Source: Obrimoposthia wandeli
Taxonomy: Eukaryota
Reading direction: 5' to 3'
DNA: 64,000 nucleotides
Assembly (NCBI GenBank): GCA_977020255.1
Contig: CDROCS010000253.1
Span: forward strand, 1,860,001 to 1,924,000
The position numbers were made by a program, and so were the translations under genes. Numbering within the stretch: position 1 is the first letter of the stretch; each line of letters begins with the position of its first letter. Shown here piece after piece: positions 48,363 through 57,470 of the stretch. The notes under the pieces are model-generated. The model was not told the DNA's origin, did not search any database, and worked only from the letters and a program-made list of their open reading frames with translations.

Positions 48363-50636
48363 ATGAAAGTTAAACATTTTACTGCTTGGTTTGATGATTA
48401 TGTCAAGCAAGCTGTGGTATTGAATGAGCGACGTTTAGTGGTTTTATCAGGACGTGAGTCTTGGGCAATGTCTTTATTGCAAACTATTGCGGGAGTAAAG
48501 GCGGCTTTAAATACCAATAATAGAGAGAATTTTAAAACTTCTTCTTTGACACCTCAGTACCTTATTTATAGTGATAGCATTGTTTTTCCTGCAAACGTTC
48601 AGAAAAAACGCTATCGAGACAAATTAGGTAGTGAAAGTGATGTCATTATTTTTGTCGATAGTCAGTTTACTATTGATGCTTTTGCGGCATTGTCGGGAAC
48701 CTTAAAAGCTGGTGGTATATTATTCCTCGTCATACCCTCGTTAGATGATAAGTCAGCACAAAGCTTATTTTTCCAGCGCTTCCATTCATTAATAAAAGAG
48801 ATGCCCAGCCATACCATCATAACGGAATCGCAAACTACGATTTTACCGCATAGTGCTGATTCAGTTGTACAAGTAAAGGCATCAGCAAGTTCGATTTATC
48901 CTCTAGGCTGTATTACCCAAGAGCAGCATCGTGCGGTTATAGCCATTGAAAAAGTACTTTCAGGGCACAGGAAAAGACCTTTAGTGTTAACGGCTGATCG
49001 TGGCCGAGGTAAGTCATCAGCATTAGCTATTGCGTGTGCTCAACTGATGAAAGCACATGAACACCATGAGTTTAGACTTATTATTACCGCGCCTGATATA
49101 CAAGCCTTGTCAGTTTTCTATCGACAATTGAAACAAAGCTTAATAAGTGTCGAGCAGCAAGGCAATAATATTGTCTTTGGCAAGGCTAGGTTAACGTTTA
49201 TGGCTGTTGACCAATTAATAAAAATACCAGTAAAAGTTAACCTTGTTTTGGTTGATGAGGCTGCAGCTATTCCTGTTTATCTGCTTGAACAGTTACTCAG
49301 TAGTTATCACCGAATGGTTTTTTCTAGTACTGTGCATGGTTATGAAGGAGCAGGGCGGGGCTTTACCTTAAAGTTTCAAAAGACCCTTGATAGGTTATGT
49401 CCGCACTGGGTTAATTTACATTTAAATCAGCCGATCCGATGGCGGGAAAATGATCCGCTCGAGCAATTGGTCTTTGATGCCTGTTTGTTAAATGCAGAGT
49501 TGCCTATTTTAACAACGACATTAGCATCTCCGTTACAAAGTAGTGCTGATGTTAGCTTAATCAAAGACACTGCTAGTCCCGATGCTCTATATGAAACCGT
49601 GTTCAAAGTTATTACCGCTGAGCAGTTGATCGCTGATGAGGTTTTGTTGCAGCAAGTTTTCGCTGTTTTAGTGACCGCACATTATCAAACTAAGCCGAGC
49701 GATTTACAATTACTATTAGATAACCATCAGGTGCAATTAGCTTGCCTTTTTTCCTCCCCAAAGATTAATGCAGAACTACTTGCTGTTGCTTTATTAATGA
49801 GTGAAGGCAAGGGGAATGGCGTAAGTGATACTGATATTCGTGCGGTAAAAAATTCTCAACGTCGTTTACGTAATCACTTTTTACCACAGTCATTATTTAG
49901 CCACTGTGGCTTTGAACAAGCCTTTAATTATAATTATTTACGTATTATGCGTATTGCGGTACACCCACAAATTCAGCAGTTAGGTATTGGAACCCAATTT
50001 CTTCAATACATTGAGTTATACGCAATAGAGCAAGGTGCTGACTTTATTGGTTCTAGTTTTGGTATTAATCCTCAACTGCTTTCTTTCTGGCTTAATGCTG
50101 GATTTTCTACCGCCCGAATTGGCTTTACCAAAGACAAAGCCAGTGGAGAGCACTCTGCTTTATTAATAAAAGGGCTAATTAAAGGACTAAGTGTAAAAAA
50201 CAAAGATAAGCAGCAATATTTTCAAAAGAACTTCTATCAAAGCTTTGATTATTTACTCTTAGAAGAATATAAAACACTAACAACTGAGCTTGTTTCTTTG
50301 CTCTTAAGGCAAAATACTAAAGAAGGCTTCAGTACTTTGTCTGCATTGGATATTGCCAATGTTCAAGCATATTCACGCGGAGAGCGTTTATACAGTAGTT
50401 GTTGTTATAGTTTGTATTTATGGCTTAAACATGACTTGTTGAGTGATACTAAGTATCACTCAACAGATATTATGCAGCATTCATTAGTACTTATTGCACG
50501 GTTGATACAAAAGCATGATAGTGACAGTGTCTGTCAAAAATTTGGTTTAACAGGGAAGAAAATGCTAAACCAACATATTAAAGATTATATACATTGTCGA
50601 TTTAATAACACTAATATTAACATCGGCAATACTTAG
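48363..50636 (+). CDS. tmcA: tRNA(Met) cytidine acetyltransferase
   Basis: RRLVVLSG, ADRGRGKSS, DEAAAIP, STVHGYEGAGRGF, AHYQTKPSDL, RIMRIAVHP...GIG. Confidence 0.92.
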   Translation: MKVKHFTAWFDDYVKQAVVLNERRLVVLSGRESWAMSLLQTIAGVKAALNTNNRENFKTSSLTPQYLIYSDSIVFPANVQKKRYRDKLGSESDVIIFVDSQFTIDAFAALSGTLKAGGILFLVIPSLDDKSAQSLFFQRFHSLIKEMPSHTIITESQTTILPHSADSVVQVKASASSIYPLGCITQEQHRAVIAIEKVLSGHRKRPLVLTADRGRGKSSALAIACAQLMKAHEHHEFRLIITAPDIQALSVFYRQLKQSLISVEQQGNNIVFGKARLTFMAVDQLIKIPVKVNLVLVDEAAAIPVYLLEQLLSSYHRMVFSSTVHGYEGAGRGFTLKFQKTLDRLCPHWVNLHLNQPIRWRENDPLEQLVFDACLLNAELPILTTTLASPLQSSADVSLIKDTASPDALYETVFKVITAEQLIADEVLLQQVFAVLVTAHYQTKPSDLQLLLDNHQVQLACLFSSPKINAELLAVALLMSEGKGNGVSDTDIRAVKNSQRRLRNHFLPQSLFSHCGFEQAFNYNYLRIMRIAVHPQIQQLGIGTQFLQYIELYAIEQGADFIGSSFGINPQLLSFWLNAGFSTARIGFTKDKASGEHSALLIKGLIKGLSVKNKDKQQYFQKNFYQSFDYLLLEEYKTLTTELVSLLLRQNTKEGFSTLSALDIANVQAYSRGERLYSSCCYSLYLWLKHDLLSDTKYHSTDIMQHSLVLIARLIQKHDSDSVCQKFGLTGKKMLNQHIKDYIHCRFNNTNINIGNT

Positions 50637-50651
50637 TGAAAGGCTGATACA

Positions 50652-50879
50652 TTAATTTGCTACCTTCTTTGCTGCATGCCATTGCCAAAATCGCTGCATA
50701 GCTAAGTATTCGCAACGCTTATCACCACAAAATTCGATATCATCATGACGCAGCAACTTATTTAGATAAAAGCTAATTGTCTTGGCTAAAGCACTACTTG
50801 GGTTGTTGTTATAGGTGGTTAGTAGCATAACGAGCCAGTTTTCCATATAAGCAAATTCATTTGATACGGCTAGGCACAT
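50652..50879 (-). CDS. Small hypothetical protein (75 aa, FCGDKRC)
   Basis: Overlaps the upstream ORF stop by 10 nt; GGAG RBS. Confidence 0.7.
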   Translation of the reverse strand: MCLAVSNEFAYMENWLVMLLTTYNNNPSSALAKTISFYLNKLLRHDDIEFCGDKRCEYLAMQRFWQWHAAKKVAN

Positions 50880-51076
50880 AATATTTCTTCTCCATTAAAA
50901 ATGTCACTGCTTGTACTACTTGCAAGTAAGTTATGCCAAATCACTGTTTTAGCATTGGCATTTAAACACTTACAATCACCACAATGTAATAAACCAGAAT
51001 TGAGTAAATGAGAAAGCAGGTTGCTAGAAATCTCAACTTGTACTTTATCTGCATTGTTAATCGTAATAGTGGACAT
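50870..51076 (-). CDS. Small hypothetical protein (68 aa, HCGDCKC)
   Basis: AAGGAGAG RBS; sigma70 promoter and Fur box directly upstream. Confidence 0.75.
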   Translation of the reverse strand: MSTITINNADKVQVEISSNLLSHLLNSGLLHCGDCKCLNANAKTVIWHNLLASSTSSDIFNGEEILCA

Positions 51077-51100
51077 ATTTTCTCTCCTTATTTACATCTC

Positions 51101-51149
51101 AGCATAGACATAAATACAATTAAATGCAAATGATAATTGTTATCATTTG
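51101..51149 (-). promoter_or_regulatory. Fur box overlapping a sigma70 -35 element
   Basis: CAAATGATAA-TTG-TTATCATTTG (51127-51149); minus strand TTGCAT-17 bp-TATGCT (51129-51101). Confidence 0.85.
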
Positions 51150-51248
51150 TTGCTTTAGGGCTAATAATTAAAAATAAATGTTATTTAATTTTTACCTATT
51201 AGAATTAATCAGTACAATAAATATCGGTATTTTATTTGAGGTGGTTAT

Positions 51249-52130
51249 ATGAACGCTGCTGTAAGCGTAAAGTCACTTTGTAAGCATTATAAAGATGTCT
51301 GCGCAGTTGATAAGGTAAGTTTCGACGTACAACAAGGTCACTGTTTTGGTTTACTTGGGCCTAATGGTGCTGGAAAAACGACGACTATTGAAATTATGGA
51401 AGGTATTATAAGTGCCTCTTCAGGTGAAGTGCTTTATCAAGGTCAGCATGTTGATAGTCAAATATCTCAACAAATAGGTATTCAGTTTCAACATACCGCC
51501 TTACAAGATTTTTTAACTGTTAAAGAAACGCTCAACCTATTTGCTTCTTTTTATCAAAAGACATTACCACAAGCGCAATTAATCGAGCTGTGCGATTTAA
51601 ATGAGTTTTTAGACCGTGACAATCGCTTGTTATCGGGAGGACAAAGGCAGCGATTATTACTCGCTTTAGCCTTGATAAATGACCCTGAAATCATTTTTCT
51701 TGATGAACCAACTACTGGGCTAGACCCTCATGCACGTCGAAATTTCTGGCAGTTAATTAAAAATATTAAAGCGCAAAATAAAACTGTTATTTTGACGACT
51801 CACTATATGGATGAAGCAGAGCAGCTTTGCGATGATATTGTCATCATGGATCAAGGGCGAATAATTGAAGCGGGTACTCCACACGAGCTATTAGCTAAAC
51901 ATTTTGAAGATGTTTTTATCTACCTACCTCAGGCACAGGTATCAGAGGAGCTGGTAAAAGAGCATGGTTGGAATAAATTAGCTGATCGTATTGAAATTAC
52001 CAGTAAAAATGTTGAACAAACGTTGTCGCTGTTAATGAGGCATAGTGTTTCTCTTGATGGCTTACATGTTAAGTCAGCTAACCTTGATGACTTATTTTTG
52101 AAGTTAACCGGCCATTCATTACAGGCATAG
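51249..52130 (+). CDS. ABC-2 type exporter ATP-binding protein
   Basis: GPNGAGKTT, LSGGQRQR, FLDEPTTGLDP, TTHYMDEAE. Confidence 0.88.
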   Translation: MNAAVSVKSLCKHYKDVCAVDKVSFDVQQGHCFGLLGPNGAGKTTTIEIMEGIISASSGEVLYQGQHVDSQISQQIGIQFQHTALQDFLTVKETLNLFASFYQKTLPQAQLIELCDLNEFLDRDNRLLSGGQRQRLLLALALINDPEIIFLDEPTTGLDPHARRNFWQLIKNIKAQNKTVILTTHYMDEAEQLCDDIVIMDQGRIIEAGTPHELLAKHFEDVFIYLPQAQVSEELVKEHGWNKLADRIEITSKNVEQTLSLLMRHSVSLDGLHVKSANLDDLFLKLTGHSLQA

Positions 52131-52195
52131 CTGCCGTACTAACTATTTATTAGGCCTGTTTTAGGTATGTTTTAGCTATTTTTTAGGAAAGAAGT

Positions 52196-53215
52196 ATGAA
52201 TTTAAAACGTTTTTTTGCAGTTTTTAAAGCGCGAAATATTGAGTTTTTTCGTGATCGTTCAGCCCTTGGCTGGAACTTGTTTTTTCCCGTTTTATTATTA
52301 GTCGGTTTTTCATTTATATTTTCTGGTGATGGGCGTTCAGCCTATAAAATTGGTTTTCTCGTTGAGCAAGGGCAAAGTGAAAGTGTGGCGAAAAAAACAC
52401 TGACTCAGTTACGTTTTATTGATTTTATTGATTATAACGATCTTGTTTTAGCTAAAGCAAAGCTTAGCCGGCACAGTCTCGATTTGTTAGTTGACTATAG
52501 CACTCAGCGTTATTGGGTGAATGAAGAGTCATCAAAAAGTTATTTAGTTGAAAAAATATTCCTCGGTCAACAATCAGGCTTTACGCGTTTACAAAGCAGT
52601 GGCAAGAATATTCGGTATGTTGATTGGGTACTGCCAGGCATTTTGGGTATGAATATGATGTTCAGTTGTCTATTCGGTGTTGGTTATGTCATCGTGCGAT
52701 ATCGAAAAAACTCAGTATTAAAACGTTTAAAAGCAACGCCATTATCCTCGTTTGAATTTATTTCTGCGCAATTATTATCACGGCTATTTATTGTTATGTT
52801 TATGTCAACGGTCGTTTATAGTGGCTGTAATGTATTTTTCGATTTTTTCATGCTGGGAAGTTATATCGATCTATTCATAATCGGAGCATTAGGCGCTTTT
52901 TGTTTAATTAGTTTAGGGTTACTTGTGGCGAGTCGCAGTAAAAGTGAAGAGCTTATTGGTGGCTTATTAAACTTAACCTCATGGCCTATGATGATGCTTT
53001 CAGGCGTTTGGTTTAGTTTAGAGGGGGCGCCTGATGGGTTAAAAACATTGGCAGACTTTATGCCACTAACTCACATAGTTGCTGGCGCAAGAGCTGTTAT
53101 TACAGAGGGAGCCACGCTGAGTGATATTAGCTTTCATGTTAACGTATTATTGCTAATGAGTAGTGCCTTTTTGGCATTAGGCGCTTATTTATTTAGTTGG
53201 AATACTGAACGTTAA
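52196..53215 (+). CDS. ABC-2 type exporter permease
   Basis: N-terminal TM, periplasmic loop, YVDWVLPGILGM, LKRLKATP, SGVWFS. Confidence 0.85.
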   Translation: MNLKRFFAVFKARNIEFFRDRSALGWNLFFPVLLLVGFSFIFSGDGRSAYKIGFLVEQGQSESVAKKTLTQLRFIDFIDYNDLVLAKAKLSRHSLDLLVDYSTQRYWVNEESSKSYLVEKIFLGQQSGFTRLQSSGKNIRYVDWVLPGILGMNMMFSCLFGVGYVIVRYRKNSVLKRLKATPLSSFEFISAQLLSRLFIVMFMSTVVYSGCNVFFDFFMLGSYIDLFIIGALGAFCLISLGLLVASRSKSEELIGGLLNLTSWPMMMLSGVWFSLEGAPDGLKTLADFMPLTHIVAGARAVITEGATLSDISFHVNVLLLMSSAFLALGAYLFSWNTER

Positions 53216-53293
53216 AACTTTCACCTGGCAGTTATCATTGAGTAGTCAACTTCACTATTAAATAAAAATTTAAACGATATTTTTTGTGGTGTA

Positions 53294-53557
53294 TATACCC
53301 GTTACCAATCAAAGTGCAGGATTTCAGTGGGAATTAAAACCACTTTAGGCAAGGCAAATAATTTAAGCATAGTCATTCTATGGTTTGATTAGTTAACGCC
53401 GTATAAAGTGACTTTAAACCCATCAAAGAAGCGCTTGAGCAACATCACTTCATCGTTGCTGTGACTTATAATGGAACAACCATTATTTCATCACAGCGCC
53501 TTGAATTGAAATATCTCAAGCACTCTGCAACCTGCATCTTGAATGGTAACGGGTATA
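53294..53557. mobile_element. ERIC-like miniature inverted-repeat element (subfamily B, 264 bp, reverse orientation)
   Basis: TATACCCGTTACCAATCAAAGTGCAGG...CCTGCATCTTGAATGGTAACGGGTATA. Confidence 0.88.
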
Positions 53558-53716
53558 TTCCTATTATAAACAAGCAAGTAGAGTAATGCTTTTGATAGCT
53601 TTACGCCATTATCTGAGTTTGTGGTAATGGCATGGTCATACCAGTATACTTACTTTTAATACGTCGTTGTTACCGAAATTACAATGGCATTTACCCCTTA
53701 TTTTAAGAGACCTATT

Positions 53717-54835
53717 ATGGCCGTAGTGATTAGTGGAACGGGTTTGTACACCCCAATGCAGAGTATCTCCAATGATGAGTTAGTGCATTGTTTTAACCAA
53801 TACGTAAAAAAATTTAATCTGACTCATAGTCAGGATATTGAAGATGGCAAGGTAGCTGCATTATCTCCTTCAGATAGCAGTTTTATTGAAAAAGCCTCTG
53901 GTATTAAAAGTCGCTATGTCATGGAAAAAGACAATATTTTAAATGTCGATGTTATGGCACCACGTTATACAGAGCGTGGTAATGATGAACTTTCTATGCA
54001 GGCAGAAATAGGTGTAGCTGCGGCTAAAGAAGCGATGTTGGCGGCTAATAAAACGCCAGCTGATATTGATCTTATTATTGTTGCTTGTGCTTATACCCAG
54101 CGTTCTTACCCTGCTATGGCGATTGAAATACAACATGCTCTTGGCTGTGGCGGTTGGGGTTTTGACATGTTAGTCGCTTGTTCTGCGGCCACCTTTGGTA
54201 TTATCAATGCGGCTAATGCTATTCGTAGTGGCACAGCAAAAACAGTGTTGGTGATTAATCCTGAAATATTATCGCCACAAATTAATTACCGAGATAGAGA
54301 TAGTCACTTTATCTTTGGCGATGTAGCAACCGCTTCTATTATTGAAGATGAAAGTACAGCCAATGCTGAGCATGTTTTTAAAATAATCAGTGAAAAACCA
54401 ATGACCAGTTTTTCTAATAATATTCGCAGTAATATTGGCTATATGAATAACTGTAGTCCAGAAAATTCGGATGATGATGATAAATTGTTTATCCAGCAGG
54501 GACGAAAAGTTTTTAAAGAAGTATTACCGATGGTCTCTCAGTTAATTACCAGTGAAATGGCAAAGATGGAACTAGGTTCTGACGATATTAAACGATTATA
54601 TTTACATCAGGCTAATATTAATATGAATAATTTCATTGCTAAAAAAGTACTTGGCAGAGAGCCAGACAGCGATGAAGCGCCTATTATATTAGACGAGTAT
54701 GCAAACACGAGTTCAGCAGGCTGTATTATCGCTTTGCACAAGCATAAACAAGGCTTAGCTACTGGAGATAAGAGTGTATTATGCTCTTTTGGTGCAGGAT
54801 ACTCAGCTTGTTGTTTATTGTTGGAATACGTCTAA
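53717..54835 (+). CDS. Beta-ketoacyl-ACP synthase III, long PA3286/FabH2-like type
   Basis: VISGTGLYTP, FIEKASGIKSR, catalytic VACSAATFG, RDRDSHFIFGD, HQAN, ANTSSAG. Confidence 0.85.
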   Translation: MAVVISGTGLYTPMQSISNDELVHCFNQYVKKFNLTHSQDIEDGKVAALSPSDSSFIEKASGIKSRYVMEKDNILNVDVMAPRYTERGNDELSMQAEIGVAAAKEAMLAANKTPADIDLIIVACAYTQRSYPAMAIEIQHALGCGGWGFDMLVACSAATFGIINAANAIRSGTAKTVLVINPEILSPQINYRDRDSHFIFGDVATASIIEDESTANAEHVFKIISEKPMTSFSNNIRSNIGYMNNCSPENSDDDDKLFIQQGRKVFKEVLPMVSQLITSEMAKMELGSDDIKRLYLHQANINMNNFIAKKVLGREPDSDEAPIILDEYANTSSAGCIIALHKHKQGLATGDKSVLCSFGAGYSACCLLLEYV

Positions 54836-55048
54836 AGAAGTAGTTATACCAATCTCACTAACTATGTGATCATTTCTACTGGTTAACATAACCAACTACT
54901 TCGTTATTTATTTAATAATTAGAACAACTAGTTATTAAAATAAATGCCTTGTATTTGATCATTTTTCCTGCGTATAAAATAGATCACCCAATTAATGAAA
55001 CTGGTATTATGTAAAGTAGGGCTTGGGTATAAATATAGGGTAGGAGTT

Positions 55049-55711
55049 ATGTCGCAATCTAACCTTTGGCAAATACACACTGAAACCGGCGATTTTGCAG
55101 AGCTGTGCAATGGCCTTTATCAGCGAGAAATTAGTATTATTGCTAAGGGCGATTTTGCCAGTGCGGAAGCTGTGCAAGCACGCTTAGAAAGTTTGTCATA
55201 TTATATAACCCGTACAGCCCACGCTATGATACAAGTCATAGCACAAGGGCATTCGCCATTGCTACTGGACAGTCAAAATGCCAGTTGGTCAGCTAAGCAA
55301 AGTAAGCAACTACCTTTCTCTCATAAAGAAACGGGTCAAGAAGCTAAACAAGAATGCGCGAAGACAGCTCACTGGTATTTACAAGAAGATATTTATGTCG
55401 GCCTTGTAGTACCCGTGTTGTTAGTTGATCATATTATTATTGATTGTATTGACCGTATCGATCTTGATAAACAGAGAATAAGAACTAATGTTGGCGGTTG
55501 GTTTTCGTTAGCCGCTGATGAATTGATGAATAAAGGGCAGAATGTAAATAAACGCCTACTTAAGCCCAATAAAAAAATAATGACCTCAGCTTGTGCAGGA
55601 CATTGCTGGCAAGGCAACCGTAAGCAAATACCTATTATCCCAACACTGAGAGAATTGTTACTATCTTGCTCTATTAATTGGAGAAACTTCAAAAAACCGT
55701 TAGTTATTTAA
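55049..55711 (+). CDS. Hypothetical protein (220 aa)
   Basis: Long ORF with AGGAG RBS before ATG 55049; no family recognised. Confidence 0.75.
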   Translation: MSQSNLWQIHTETGDFAELCNGLYQREISIIAKGDFASAEAVQARLESLSYYITRTAHAMIQVIAQGHSPLLLDSQNASWSAKQSKQLPFSHKETGQEAKQECAKTAHWYLQEDIYVGLVVPVLLVDHIIIDCIDRIDLDKQRIRTNVGGWFSLAADELMNKGQNVNKRLLKPNKKIMTSACAGHCWQGNRKQIPIIPTLRELLLSCSINWRNFKKPLVI

Positions 55712-55757
55712 CTCTGCCCACAGATAGGTATAATAACGGTAATAATTTCGTGTTTTA

Positions 55758-55815
55758 GATACACGCTCCACTTGAATTCCAGCTGAATCATGCATCTTCA
55801 AGTGAAACGGGTATA
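55758..55815. mobile_element. 58-bp internally deleted derivative of subfamily A
   Basis: GATACACGCTCCACTTGAA + CCAGCTGAATCATGCATCTTCAAGTGAAACGGGTATA correspond to the reverse complements of the two ends of 12942-13256. Confidence 0.8.
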
Positions 55816-55835
55816 TACTTTTTATTTAGGTTGTC

Positions 55836-56135
55836 ATGCGCGTATTCACAGCAATTTTGCTGATACTATTAGTATTACTTCAATACCGACTTTGGTTTGG
55901 TAAAAATAGTGTGCCTGATTATCTCGTGCTGAAAGAAAATGTTGTTCGTCAGCAAAATGTCAATGAAAAACTACAACAACGAAACAAGTTACTTTTTGCT
56001 GACACCGATGATTTAAAGTTAGGGCTTGAGGCGATTGAAGAACGCGCTCGAAATGAGTTAGGTATGATCAAAGAAAATGAAACGTTTTTTCGACTTATCC
56101 CTAAAGAAAACAGCACTCGTAACGTCAATAATTAG
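55836..56135 (+). CDS. ftsB: Cell division protein
   Basis: LQYRLWFGK, coiled coil, [14 protein letters not shown]. Confidence 0.95.
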   Translation: MRVFTAILLILLVLLQYRLWFGKNSVPDYLVLKENVVRQQNVNEKLQQRNKLLFADTDDLKLGLEAIEERARNELGMIKENETFFRLIPKENSTRNVNN

Positions 56136-56155
56136 ATGAAAAGCAAGGTAGCTTC

Positions 56156-56896
56156 TTGATAGAATCAGCACAAAAGTTCATTGCTATTGTACCCGCTGCA
56201 GGTGTGGGAAAACGCATGCAGGCAAACTGTCCTAAACAATACCTTTGTATTAATAATGAAACCATTTTAACGCATACTGTGAAAAAACTGTTAAGTCATC
56301 CGTTAATTTGCCAAGTCATTATTGCGTTAAGTAGTGATGATCAATACTTTGCAGAGTCTCAATTAGCGCATCATAAAGACGTTATTCGTGTAAACGGTGG
56401 CACTGAGCGAGTTAATTCTGTACTCAGTGGTTTAAAAGCGGTCGATAGGAATAAATACCCTTGGGTATTAGTCCATGATGCGGCGCGCCCTTGTGTTAGC
56501 CATGAAGATATCAATAAGTTAATTCTTCAATGTTTAAGTCATGGTTGCGGCGGTATTTTAGCCACACCTGTTCGCGATACCATGAAACGTGGCGTATCTT
56601 CTAAAGATAACTCTAAAGATAATGCTAAAAATGATATTAGTACTATCGATAGTACCGTTGAACGAGAGCAATTATGGCATGCCTTAACACCACAGTTATA
56701 TAAAACGGATGAGTTAACGCTTGCCATAGAACAAGCCCTAGTCAATGGTGTGAAGATAACCGATGAAGCTTCAGCCATTGAACATGCGAATTTACCAAGC
56801 TTGTTAGTTTCTGCAAGCAGTGAAAATATAAAAATAACTCACCCTAATGATTTAGCACTAGCTGAATTTTATTTAAATAAGCAAGAAAACAGTTAG
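56156..56896 (+). CDS. ispD: 2-C-methyl-D-erythritol 4-phosphate cytidylyltransferase
   Basis: PAAGVGKRM, PKQY, VHDAARP, KITHPNDL. Confidence 0.95.
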   Translation: MIESAQKFIAIVPAAGVGKRMQANCPKQYLCINNETILTHTVKKLLSHPLICQVIIALSSDDQYFAESQLAHHKDVIRVNGGTERVNSVLSGLKAVDRNKYPWVLVHDAARPCVSHEDINKLILQCLSHGCGGILATPVRDTMKRGVSSKDNSKDNAKNDISTIDSTVEREQLWHALTPQLYKTDELTLAIEQALVNGVKITDEASAIEHANLPSLLVSASSENIKITHPNDLALAEFYLNKQENS

Positions 56897-56905
56897 GACA
56901 ACAAA

Positions 56906-57418
56906 ATGCGTATAGGTCATGGTTTTGACGTACATAAGTTTGGCGGCGAAGGGCCTTTAGTGCTCGGTGGCGTAGAAATTCCTTTTGAACAGGGCTTTAT
57001 TGCTCACTCCGATGGCGATGTTGCTATTCATGCGCTTTGTGATGCTATTTTAGGCGCTTTATGTTTAGCAGATATTGGTAATCACTTTCCTGATACCGAT
57101 GGTCAATATAAAAATATTTCTAGCAGAATTCTACTACGCCATGTTGTTTCGTTAATGACAGATAAGGGTTTTCAACTAGGCAATGCTGATATTACTGTGG
57201 TAGCACAAGCACCTAAAATGGCTCCTTATTTAGTTGCTATGCGTACTTGTTTAAGTGAAGACTTACAAACAACGATTGAACAAGTTAATGTGAAAGCCAC
57301 TACAACAGAAAAACTCGGCTATACCGGACGAAAAGAAGGGATATCAGTACATGCTGTCGTGTTATTAATAGCGATAGAGCAATCCTTTCCTCCTATTGAA
57401 GAAATTCAAAATATTTAG
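56906..57418 (+). CDS. ispF: MECDP synthase
   Basis: [25 protein letters not shown]. Confidence 0.96.
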   Translation: MRIGHGFDVHKFGGEGPLVLGGVEIPFEQGFIAHSDGDVAIHALCDAILGALCLADIGNHFPDTDGQYKNISSRILLRHVVSLMTDKGFQLGNADITVVAQAPKMAPYLVAMRTCLSEDLQTTIEQVNVKATTTEKLGYTGRKEGISVHAVVLLIAIEQSFPPIEEIQNI

Positions 57419-57470
57419 TTGGCTTTACCTTATAGCTAGCTCATTACAGAATTAAAAGAAGATTGATAAT

